A DNA stretch of 42,539 nt from a virus (taxonomy: Duplodnaviria; Caudoviricetes): positions 1-42,539 of IMG/VR virus record IMGVR_UViG_3300022538_000060; one strand, given 5' to 3'. Under the pieces are notes generated by a model that was not told the DNA's origin, searched no databases, and worked only from the letters and a program-made list of their open reading frames with translations. Positions 35,141-42,539 of the stretch are shown here, piece by piece. Position 1 is the stretch's first letter; each line of letters opens with the position of its first letter. Both the position numbers and the translations under genes were made by a program.

Positions 35141-35743
35141 ATCATCTATTCTAGGTAACATTATCCAAGATGTTAATATATATTTTTCTCCAGATAAAGG
35201 TGGATTTCCTCTGTGAACATAAGGAAACCCTGCAGGCCAAATAACAATTCTCCCTTTTTTAGGTTTCACCCTCATTTTTTGATGTAAAAATTCAGTTTCT
35301 CCCGCTTCTTTAACATCATTTAAAAATATAATGTAAGCCATAGCTCTACCTTCATATAAAAAACCAGGATTATGTTCTACATGCCAAAGATGATACCCTT
35401 CTCCAGGTAAAGTTTTTTGTATTTTTAATCCTGTATATTTAAAATGATCTAAATTATAAGCTTCTAAAATACCTGTTTGTTTTTGATATTCATTTAAAGC
35501 TTGATCAAAATTATATATTAAAGGTTTTAAAGTAGAAGCCCAGACGGGGACGTTGTGTTGATCAGCAAAAAATTGTTTATCTTTTTTAGTATAGATGTTG
35601 GCACCTTCAAATGTCATTCTATCAAAGGTATGTTCAAGTTTATTTTTTTCTTCGTAAAATTTTATAGCTTGATTACAGTCTATATCTGTAATGTAATTAT
35701 CAAAAACACCTATAAAATTTTTTATTGAATTTTTTCTTTCCAT
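35132..35743 (-). CDS. 2OG-Fe(II) oxygenase (HxE type)
   Basis: QKT.PG.GYH.WHVE, LNDV...GETEF, WPA...Y.HRGNPP, KYILT.W. Confidence 0.85.
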   Translation of the reverse strand: MERKNSIKNFIGVFDNYITDIDCNQAIKFYEEKNKLEHTFDRMTFEGANIYTKKDKQFFADQHNVPVWASTLKPLIYNFDQALNEYQKQTGILEAYNLDHFKYTGLKIQKTLPGEGYHLWHVEHNPGFLYEGRAMAYIIFLNDVKEAGETEFLHQKMRVKPKKGRIVIWPAGFPYVHRGNPPLSGEKYILTSWIMLPRIDDLR

Positions 35744-35754
35744 TATTCAACATT

Positions 35755-35783
35755 AATATAACACTATGTGTTATATTTGTCTA
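35755..35783 (-). promoter_or_regulatory. promoter TAGACA-N17-TATATT overlapped by palindrome AATATAACAC-TAT-GTGTTATATT
   Basis: Read directly; near-duplicate at 36986-37014. Confidence 0.5.
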
Positions 35784-36368
35784 AGTTTTTATAATGTAAT
35801 TTACTGTTAAGTAGGGCTGTAATATAGATGGGTTAGATGTGTTTCCTGCAAAGTTAGCACTCATGTTATGAGAGTGTGCGCCGCCAGATCCTGTACTTCC
35901 TGTATTGTCAGGAACATACAATCTATTAGGTCCTATCTTTGGCGCTGGTGAAGTCATTGTCTGAGGTCCAGAAGTACCACCTTGTGGGTGACTGTGAGAT
36001 GCAAGTTGTGCTGTTGATAAAGTAGCATTACCAGTTGAACCTGAAACATTACCGGTGTGTGTTATACTTGCTGTATTTGATCCACCTGTTGATGCTAGAG
36101 CTTTTCCAGGTGATCTTCCAACTGGTACATTGTCTTCTAAGTTTGGCACATTAAAAGTTGTTGAACCATCACCTGATCCGTAAGTTGTACCAATGATTGC
36201 AAATAACGCAGCATAAGTTGATCTTGAAACTGCTGCACCATCACAATCTAAAAAACCTGATGGAACAGAAGTATCTGACCATGGGATAATAGTTGCTGTT
36301 GGAATACCTTCTATATCTGTAAGATTAGCACCGTCAAAATTATATTTAGTTGCTTCGTAATTTGACAT
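35781..36368 (-). CDS. tail-collar domain fibre protein, paralog 1
   Basis: P.GFL.CDG.AVSRSTYA.LFA.IGTTYG.GDGSTTFN.P; HxH motifs; QPYL...YIIKT. Confidence 0.85.
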   Translation of the reverse strand: MSNYEATKYNFDGANLTDIEGIPTATIIPWSDTSVPSGFLDCDGAAVSRSTYAALFAIIGTTYGSGDGSTTFNVPNLEDNVPVGRSPGKALASTGGSNTASITHTGNVSGSTGNATLSTAQLASHSHPQGGTSGPQTMTSPAPKIGPNRLYVPDNTGSTGSGGAHSHNMSANFAGNTSNPSILQPYLTVNYIIKT

Positions 36369-36383
36369 GTTTTAATTCTCCAC

Positions 36384-36962
36384 TTATGTTTTTATAATAT
36401 AATTTAATGTTAAATAAGGTTGTACCACAGATGGATTAGCTGTGTTCCCTGTAAAATTAGCACTCATGTTATGTGAATGTCCGTCACCAGAACCGGTATT
36501 TCCCGTATTAGTAGGAACATAGAATCTAAAAGAAAAACTATCTGGAAAAACATATTGCGGTCCCTGTCTTCCACCTTGTGAGTGATCGTGAGATGCAAGT
36601 TGTGATGTTGATAAAGTTGCATTTGCTGTTGAGCCAGCAATGTTTCCGCTGGTTGTCACACTTACGGTATTTGCTCCACCAGTTCCACCTACAGATTTTG
36701 AAGGGGATTTTCCAACTGTTACGTTATCTTCTAAGTTTGGTACATTAAAAGTTGTCGAACCATCACCTGCTCCGTAGGTTGTTCCTATTATTGCAAATAA
36801 CGCGGCGTAAGTTGATCTTGAAACTGCTGCACCATTACAATCTAAAAATCCAGATGGTACAGAGGCAGATGACCACGGAACAATAGTTGCTGTTGGAATA
36901 CCTTCTATGCCTGTAAGGTTTGCTCCATCATAATCATATCTAGTAGCTTCGTAATTTGACAT
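36384..36962 (-). CDS. tail-collar domain fibre protein, paralog 2
   Basis: Same motifs as paralog 1. Confidence 0.85.
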   Translation of the reverse strand: MSNYEATRYDYDGANLTGIEGIPTATIVPWSSASVPSGFLDCNGAAVSRSTYAALFAIIGTTYGAGDGSTTFNVPNLEDNVTVGKSPSKSVGGTGGANTVSVTTSGNIAGSTANATLSTSQLASHDHSQGGRQGPQYVFPDSFSFRFYVPTNTGNTGSGDGHSHNMSANFTGNTANPSVVQPYLTLNYIIKT

Positions 36963-36985
36963 GTTTTAATTCTCCATTACATAGA

Positions 36986-37014
36986 GATATAACACCATGT
37001 ATTCTAACTGTCTA
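36986..37014 (-). promoter_or_regulatory. promoter TAGACA-N17-TATATC
   Basis: Shares TAGACA and GTGTTATAT with 35755-35783. Confidence 0.45.
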
Positions 37015-37022
37015 GTAAGAAA

Positions 37023-37448
37023 TTAAGAGCTATAAGAAGTAGGTCTCGCACCTAATCTAGTTATTTTTTCAGCTTCAGTTTCTTCTCTAAAAACTGGAGG
37101 ATCTTGTCCTTCAGGATCTTGTCCTTCAGGATCTTCTATTTGAAGAGTATCATTATCCCAATCAGATTGTAATTGAGCTAAATGAGCTGCATCCCATTTA
37201 TTAATAAATTGATTTATGTCTCCAAGATTAGCTTCAGCATATGTTGAATTAGGAGTGTTATCTCTATATTCTACTTCATCTGTTGAAACTGAAGTTCCGT
37301 GTTGAATTGCCCAGATATTAGAAAATTTAGATTGATTCCAAAAATCAATATCATTATCAATTATATAATTTGTACCTGCTGCATCTCCTGTTTGTTTAAT
37401 TATCATTTTGTCGTCAAAGACAATTGTCCAATTTGCGTTTGTTGCCAT
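37023..37448 (-). CDS. acidic protein within the fibre cluster (fibre assembly chaperone-like candidate)
   Basis: Position between fibre paralogs; IWAIQ...EVEY pattern. Confidence 0.6.
   Translation of the reverse strand: MATNANWTIVFDDKMIIKQTGDAAGTNYIIDNDIDFWNQSKFSNIWAIQHGTSVSTDEVEYRDNTPNSTYAEANLGDINQFINKWDAAHLAQLQSDWDNDTLQIEDPEGQDPEGQDPPVFREETEAEKITRLGARPTSYSS
37099..37135. repeat. 15-bp tandem repeat GGATCTTGTCCTTCA x2.5 (encodes DPEGQ)
   Basis: Units at 37099 and 37114, partial at 37129. Confidence 0.85.
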
Positions 37449-37458
37449 TTTTTTTCTC

Positions 37459-38037
37459 CTATGTTTTTATAATATAAATAATTGTTAAGTAAGGTTGTAA
37501 CACAGAGGGGTTAGCTGTTCCACCAGAAAATGTAGCACTTAGGGTATGAGAATGCCCCTGACTAGAGCCTGTACTCCCTGTATTACTAGGACTATAGTAT
37601 CTAACGCTTTGGTTAGAGTTATTAGGGGTTTGAGGTCCAGCAGTACCACCTTGTGGGTGATTGTGAGATGCAAGTTGTGGTGTTGATAAACTAGCATTTG
37701 CTGTATCACCGCCAATATTTCCACCTGCTACTACAGGAGTGGTATTTGCCCCACCTGTTGTACCTATAGATTTTGAAGGGGATTTTCCAATTACTACGTT
37801 ATCTTGTAGGTCTGGTACATTAAAAGTTGTTGAACCATCACCTGAACCATAAGTTGTACCAACGATTGCAAATAACGCGGCGTAAGTTGATCTTGAAACT
37901 GCAGAACCATTACATTCTAAAAAACCTGATGGTATAGAAGAATCTGACCATGGTATAACAGTTGCTGTTGGAATACCTTCAATACCCTGTAGATTGCTAC
38001 CACTGAAATCATACCTTGTAGCTTCGTAATTAGCCAT
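37459..38037 (-). CDS. tail-collar domain fibre protein, paralog 3
   Basis: Same motifs as paralogs 1 and 2. Confidence 0.85.
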   Translation of the reverse strand: MANYEATRYDFSGSNLQGIEGIPTATVIPWSDSSIPSGFLECNGSAVSRSTYAALFAIVGTTYGSGDGSTTFNVPDLQDNVVIGKSPSKSIGTTGGANTTPVVAGGNIGGDTANASLSTPQLASHNHPQGGTAGPQTPNNSNQSVRYYSPSNTGSTGSSQGHSHTLSATFSGGTANPSVLQPYLTIIYIIKT

Positions 38038-38040
38038 GGT

Positions 38041-38742
38041 TTATTTCTCCTTATATGTCCAACCTGTAGTCGCGTCTCCTGAGTATACTAATGTCAAACC
38101 AGCACCTTGTGTATTGACCACTAGATCAGATGCACTGTTTGCAATATTAGAACCGTTTCTTCCAATAGTTAAAGCGTTTGTATTAAAATCATATCCTTGA
38201 TCTACGAAAGAGACTTCATCTCCTGTAGCAGGTGAGGCTGGAAGCGTAATTGTAACTGCTCCACCATTTGTATTTACTAAAAGTTGAGCTCCAGCTTGAA
38301 CTGTTTCAGCTGCTGAAACTGCTCTCCAGTTTCTTTGCTCATGAAGTTTTACTACATTAGTTCCATCAGAATATAATACGTAATTATTTCCTTCAGCTAA
38401 AAGAACACCTGTACCTGACGATGTTTTAAAAGTTAAAGTGTAACCTGCATGGTCACATGCATTTTGTACGTTATAAACTTTTTCAATTGAATCTGGAATA
38501 CTAACAGTTCTGTTAGCTGCTAAAGTTCCTGTTAATTTAATAACATCATTTTTACCATTCGATAAAGCACCGTTTGTAAAAGTTAAAGTTCTGTTAGCGT
38601 TAGTTAAATTAAAAGTTGTAAAGCCACCGATAGCTTGTTCTAAAATAAGTAAGTTTGTATTTGTAATTTGACCCCAAGTTCCCGAGTTTTCACCGGTTGC
38701 TTGTACTGTAAGTTTTAGATTAGCAGATGTAGAATTCGCCAT
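38041..38742 (-). CDS. proximal tail fibre / fibre-attachment protein
   Basis: TGEN.GTWG..TN.NL N-terminus; C-terminal TLPASPA.GD...LVY.....GW domain like T4 gp9/10-type modules. Confidence 0.7.
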   Translation of the reverse strand: MANSTSANLKLTVQATGENSGTWGQITNTNLLILEQAIGGFTTFNLTNANRTLTFTNGALSNGKNDVIKLTGTLAANRTVSIPDSIEKVYNVQNACDHAGYTLTFKTSSGTGVLLAEGNNYVLYSDGTNVVKLHEQRNWRAVSAAETVQAGAQLLVNTNGGAVTITLPASPATGDEVSFVDQGYDFNTNALTIGRNGSNIANSASDLVVNTQGAGLTLVYSGDATTGWTYKEK

Positions 38743-38763
38743 TTTTTAATTCCTTATACGTTC

Positions 38764-38792
38764 ATTTTATTAAAAATATGAGTTTCTGTCAA
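38764..38792 (-). promoter_or_regulatory. sigma70 promoter TTGACA-N17-TAAAAT with inverted repeat ATGAGTTT-N5-AAACTCAT over the -35
   Basis: Near-consensus; upstream of the fibre module. Confidence 0.65.
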
Positions 38793-38797
38793 ACTCA

Positions 38798-39760
38798 TTA
38801 TGCAGCCACCTCCTGCCATCCTGGAGGGTCTAAAGGTGCTGAACCTGTATTAACTTCGTTCCAGATCAAAGCACTACCAGATCCTTGGTTCATAGTCAAG
38901 CTTAAACCTGTTAGCTGAATATCAATATGAATTACAACACTGACACCAGCTAATTGATTATTCATTGGTATTCCTGTTACATCAACTTCCTGACCAGGGA
39001 CAGCTACGGCTGTTCCTAACCCTGCTGTCATTGCAATACCTGTTGGACTTGCACCTGCTCCAGCTAAACCTAAAGCTGTTCCTAAATTTGCAATCATAGG
39101 TTCACCTATGATCATTGCATCAGGTGCTGGATCTACATTACCTAAAGTTGCTTGCGCTACATTTAAAGTATTAAGAGTTAAATTAGCATTACCAGTCATC
39201 GCTAATGTTCCAGCCGCAGCTGTCATTGCAATGCCTGTTACATCAACATTTGCAAACTGACCTTCAACTCCCCATGCATTAACATTCCAACCTTGTCTAC
39301 CCCAACCTGTTTGGTTAAAAGCATCTATAGTTCCAAGACCCATAGACATTGCATTACCTGTAGCCATAGCATCAGGGCCAGCGTCAGCTGTTCCTTCTGC
39401 TGCAGTTAATGGTAAGCCTGATGGAAATACTTTTGTTTGAATGTCAACTGTTACATCGTTAAGAGCAGTTGTAATAAGTTGATTGTTATTTGTAGATGGA
39501 CCTGTAGATACATCAATAGAAGCTACGACACTAGCTAAAGTTCCTGTAAGTGCTTGACCAGGTGCTATAAGGTTTCCTGCAATACCCCATGCAGAATCAT
39601 TCCATGCTAGTCTACCCCAACCAGTATTAATTTCACCAACAGTTGTTTCGTCACCTAGAGATGCAGTAAGGGCAATACCCGTAACTGTAAAAGTTGGGTC
39701 TGCTAAATCGTTCCATTGGTTTTGGCCCCAAAAGCCGGTATTCCAAGTTCCTGATGCCAT
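38798..39760 (-). CDS. structural protein with W-X4-W-X4-W repeats
   Basis: GWGR..WN...WG repeats; Ala/Gly/Thr-rich. Confidence 0.7.
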   Translation of the reverse strand: MASGTWNTGFWGQNQWNDLADPTFTVTGIALTASLGDETTVGEINTGWGRLAWNDSAWGIAGNLIAPGQALTGTLASVVASIDVSTGPSTNNNQLITTALNDVTVDIQTKVFPSGLPLTAAEGTADAGPDAMATGNAMSMGLGTIDAFNQTGWGRQGWNVNAWGVEGQFANVDVTGIAMTAAAGTLAMTGNANLTLNTLNVAQATLGNVDPAPDAMIIGEPMIANLGTALGLAGAGASPTGIAMTAGLGTAVAVPGQEVDVTGIPMNNQLAGVSVVIHIDIQLTGLSLTMNQGSGSALIWNEVNTGSAPLDPPGWQEVAA

Positions 39761-39777
39761 AGGAGTTTACCTCCTAA

Positions 39778-40215
39778 TTAACCAGAGATTCTTAAAATCG
39801 CTGCTGTTGATGTGTTAGCCGGAAACTGAATTGTGAAAACTCCAGATGTAGCTGTTTTATCTGCTCCAAAATCTAAAACTGCCACCGCTGCATTTGAGAA
39901 CGATGTGTTATAGATTAAAGCACCTCTAGCAGTAATAGTGACTCCAGTGAAAGATCTATCTGAAAAGTCTACTCTTGCTACACCAGCTGTAATTGAAGTT
40001 GCTAAGTTAACTAGTTTTCCACCACCAGATGTATATTGACCAGAGTTTGGAACTTGGTTTCCAGTTGTGAAAGAAGTTGTTGCTGAGTTTAGAGTTGCTG
40101 AAGAAGTATAAAGAGCTATTTTAAAAATATCACCAGAAGGCGCTGCAGTAAAATCCATATCACCATCTAATAATTGTTTTTTAAAAGAGTTTGCAATTGC
40201 TTGTGTTATAGCCAT
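39778..40215 (-). CDS. virion structural protein
   Basis: SFK..LL.G, FK.ALYTS.A, TARGALIYN, VLDFG.DKT. Confidence 0.75.
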   Translation of the reverse strand: MAITQAIANSFKKQLLDGDMDFTAAPSGDIFKIALYTSSATLNSATTSFTTGNQVPNSGQYTSGGGKLVNLATSITAGVARVDFSDRSFTGVTITARGALIYNTSFSNAAVAVLDFGADKTATSGVFTIQFPANTSTAAILRISG

Positions 40216-40227
40216 GTTTATTTTCTC

Positions 40228-40878
40228 CTATTTTCCTATACGAGGAACACCACTTTGATATTCGTCTCGTCTTCTTCTTCCCATTTGTTCTATTGAGAAG
40301 CCTTCTACCACTTGTTTATACTTTCCTTCGTATAATTGCAAGAGATCATTTGGCCCTTTTAGAAAACCGTATGCCTCAACTAGACACGCATACAAAAGTC
40401 CGTTGGGAAATTGCAGACTTAAATATGTAGTTGGAACTGTACTCGATAATCCATCAGGTTTCAAGATATAATTTAGTTGAATTGTGTATGTTTGATCTGG
40501 AGTGGGAGCCACAACCACCGTATCTTGATCCCAATTACTATAATATTTAGGCACTCCTTGAGAATTTAAATTATTAAATTCAGACATGAAACTAGTATCT
40601 CTATATTGTAAAAACTCTCGATTATCAGGATTAGCTGTCCCATCAGAATCTACAATTTGAGCAGATCTAATAACTAACAAGTTTTGAGGTGTATCAATAA
40701 ATCTAGTCCCTGCTATTAAATTAGCAGTTACATATCTTCTGTTATTATCAGAATCTACATCTCTTAAAATTCTAAATTCTGCATTTTCAATAAATCCATT
40801 TACAATGGTGTCAGTTAAAACTGTACTTGTAACTTCTGTGTAGTCTCTAATTTTTTGTACTAACTCTGTATACGTCAT
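40228..40878 (-). CDS. head-tail adaptor / tail tubular-like protein
   Basis: MTY.EL...I, AE.RI.R, G.PKYY, APTPD..Y, LLYA.L.EA. Confidence 0.75.
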   Translation of the reverse strand: MTYTELVQKIRDYTEVTSTVLTDTIVNGFIENAEFRILRDVDSDNNRRYVTANLIAGTRFIDTPQNLLVIRSAQIVDSDGTANPDNREFLQYRDTSFMSEFNNLNSQGVPKYYSNWDQDTVVVAPTPDQTYTIQLNYILKPDGLSSTVPTTYLSLQFPNGLLYACLVEAYGFLKGPNDLLQLYEGKYKQVVEGFSIEQMGRRRRDEYQSGVPRIGK

Positions 40879-41246
40879 GTTATGCTTACCGTAACCTCTC
40901 CTACATTTATTTGTGCTTCTCTTCTTCCATTTATAACAGATGGATTTTCAGGTACCATACTATTATTACTAAAATCTTGAAAAGCAAAATCTCCAGGTAA
41001 AGTTAAATTAGCCACCATGTTTCCTCCACCGATTTGATTAGATGGAAAGTTTTGAGGTCTTGCTTGTTCTAAACCTTGTGGGTCAGCTACAAAAGGTTTT
41101 GGTTCTAACTGTGGTTGCTTTGGTTCATACTCTGATAAATGCACAAACGCACCATTCCATTCAGTAACCATTTCTCTCCACGGAAAGGCTTGTCCGCTTC
41201 TATCAGAAATTGCTAGTGCGTATTTACCTTTTGCAAACTTTGCCAT
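40875..41246 (-). CDS. structural-operon hypothetical protein
   Basis: A.GK.A.AISDRSG, EWNG, EPK.PQL. Confidence 0.7.
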   Translation of the reverse strand: MAKFAKGKYALAISDRSGQAFPWREMVTEWNGAFVHLSEYEPKQPQLEPKPFVADPQGLEQARPQNFPSNQIGGGNMVANLTLPGDFAFQDFSNNSMVPENPSVINGRREAQINVGEVTVSIT

Positions 41247-42181
41247 TAGATCTCCGGATAATAAGTTTTAGGTGAAATGTAAACACTTGCAGGTGATCCA
41301 TCTTCTTGCAATGCTCTTTGTAATTCATCTTCATAAATTAATTTCATTTCTTGAGTTCTTTGTGGTGCTTTTTTCATAGCCATATAGTAAGCTAAACCTG
41401 CACACATGCAAGGTACAAATCTATTAACTACATCTGCTTCGTTAGTATATTTACCTGCATCTTGAATTCTTTTAACATAATAAAAATAAATAAAATTACC
41501 GGCTTGTGTATCTCCAGGTGTTAGATACAAAGTGATTGTAACTTTATCTATGAACCTTTGCACAAAGTATTGTGATGGTTGACCTGTAGAACTTTTATTT
41601 GAAAAAGCTTGATATTGTGATCTGTTAATTTTTGAAAGCGGCGTGTCTACATCACTTGTGTTTCTGAAACTTGCTTCAAGGATATCTGAAACCATATCAA
41701 CAAAATTTGTAACTGCATCTCCAGACGAATGTCCTGCAGCTGTTGTATCATCTGCTCCTCGACCAGATGCTTCACAAATTATATTATTTCCAGAAATAGA
41801 AGTATAAATAATTACTTCAGAATTAATTCTAATCTTACCTGTAGCATTCATGTTTTTTGTAGAAGCCACAGGAATAGTTGTGGCAGCAGCTGAAATACCA
41901 GATGTTAAAGTCGTAGTTATTCCGTTTGCGTTTCCGTCAGAAGGTGATCTAAAGATTGTATATTCGTTTTGACCAGAGACTAATGTGATTGCAGTTCTTG
42001 CTACTTCCCAAAAATGTAGACCTCTGTTGTCCCATTCTTGAAACATTATATTTAAAGAACGTCTAGCTGATCTTAAATCATTACCAGAGTAATCAAAGAA
42101 TCCTAATCTTTCAAAGGACTCAGTTATAATATCATCGATCGAGAGAAATTTCTCGAATGTACTTGTGCCTGAAAAAGCCAC
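41246..42181 (-). CDS. head-tail adaptor-like protein with an inserted beta domain
   Basis: ARRSLN....W.NRG, G.PSQY, GLAYY...K; insert TTL...I....TTI.V...RG...TTAA.H. Confidence 0.7.
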   Translation of the reverse strand: MAFSGTSTFEKFLSIDDIITESFERLGFFDYSGNDLRSARRSLNIMFQEWDNRGLHFWEVARTAITLVSGQNEYTIFRSPSDGNANGITTTLTSGISAAATTIPVASTKNMNATGKIRINSEVIIYTSISGNNIICEASGRGADDTTAAGHSSGDAVTNFVDMVSDILEASFRNTSDVDTPLSKINRSQYQAFSNKSSTGQPSQYFVQRFIDKVTITLYLTPGDTQAGNFIYFYYVKRIQDAGKYTNEADVVNRFVPCMCAGLAYYMAMKKAPQRTQEMKLIYEDELQRALQEDGSPASVYISPKTYYPEI

Positions 42182-42190
42182 GTAAACCTC

Positions 42191-42493
42191 CTACGAGTTA
42201 TTTCCGCCACTATGAAACACAGTGATAGCTGTAATCTGTTCTGTAGTAAAAGCAGTATTAAGATTAGTCTTAAATAAAATTGGCACAGGAAAATTAATTG
42301 TCATGTCATGAACATGAGCAGCCTTGTTTAATTTTACTTTAGACGTTGAGCCATCTTTAATATCTAAAACACCAGCTACGTTAGGACCAGATACATGCAC
42401 TCCGTACACTCTAGTTCTACCAGTCTGAATAGTTTTAGTCTCTGTAGTTACGTTAGTCGCCACTCCATCTTGTGATGATCCAAATGTTGTCAT
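42191..42493 (-). CDS. small beta-rich virion protein
   Basis: AAGGAG SD; first gene after the hairpin. Confidence 0.65.
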   Translation of the reverse strand: MTTFGSSQDGVATNVTTETKTIQTGRTRVYGVHVSGPNVAGVLDIKDGSTSKVKLNKAAHVHDMTINFPVPILFKTNLNTAFTTEQITAITVFHSGGNNS

Positions 42494-42513
42494 TTTTTCT
42501 CCTTAAAATTTTA

Positions 42514-42533
42514 TGTGGGCCCGAAGGCCCACA
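42514..42533 (-). terminator. stable hairpin TGTGGGCC-TTCG-GGCCCACA (UUCG tetraloop), likely terminator or processing stem after an upstream gene
   Basis: 8-bp stem with C(UUCG)G loop; U-tract on the minus strand is weak. Confidence 0.6.
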
Positions 42534-42539
42534 AAATTA

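Noticed and set aside
35781-38037. Diversity-generating retroelement or invertible shufflon acting on the fibre genes
   Set aside because: No reverse transcriptase or recombinase in the window, no adenine-specific TR/VR pair, all paralogs are intact and co-oriented
1-42539. Prophage or integrated element with host flanks
   Set aside because: No integrase, att-like junction or cellular housekeeping genes; the whole window is phage-like

Overview
AT-rich, gene-dense fragment of a tailed dsDNA phage genome, most likely a marine podovirus. The replication set (family-A DNA polymerase with Leu at the E. coli Pol I 762 position, AEP-type primase, UvrD-like and SNF2-like helicases, DUF3310) and the structural gene order resemble HTVC023P-type pelagiphages; this and a SAR11-like host are inferences, not database results. 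Left to right: (1) an early/regulatory region (1-3935) with divergent sigma70-like promoters, palindromes, a putative RNA pseudoknot, 7-bp CAAGC arrays, a GP88-like Fe-S protein, a resolvase-like nuclease and terminase small subunit; (2) an accessory/lysis block (3900-12760) with an iteron-like putative origin, exonuclease, LAGLIDADG protein, methyltransferase, five 2OG-Fe(II) oxygenases and an M15 endolysin; (3) the replication operon (12768-22233); (4) the morphogenesis operon on the minus strand (22230-42493) with ejection proteins, two glycosyltransferases, nozzle, three more oxygenases, three paralogous tail-collar fibre genes and adaptors. Capsid, portal and terminase large subunit are not in the window. 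No integrase, tRNA, CRISPR array or reverse transcriptase was seen. Most notable: a candidate virion hydroxylation/glycosylation system (8 oxygenases, 3 glycosyltransferases, 1 methyltransferase, 3 fibre paralogs with variable loops), and a structured 109-nt element that sits between two copies of the SNF2 helicase start.
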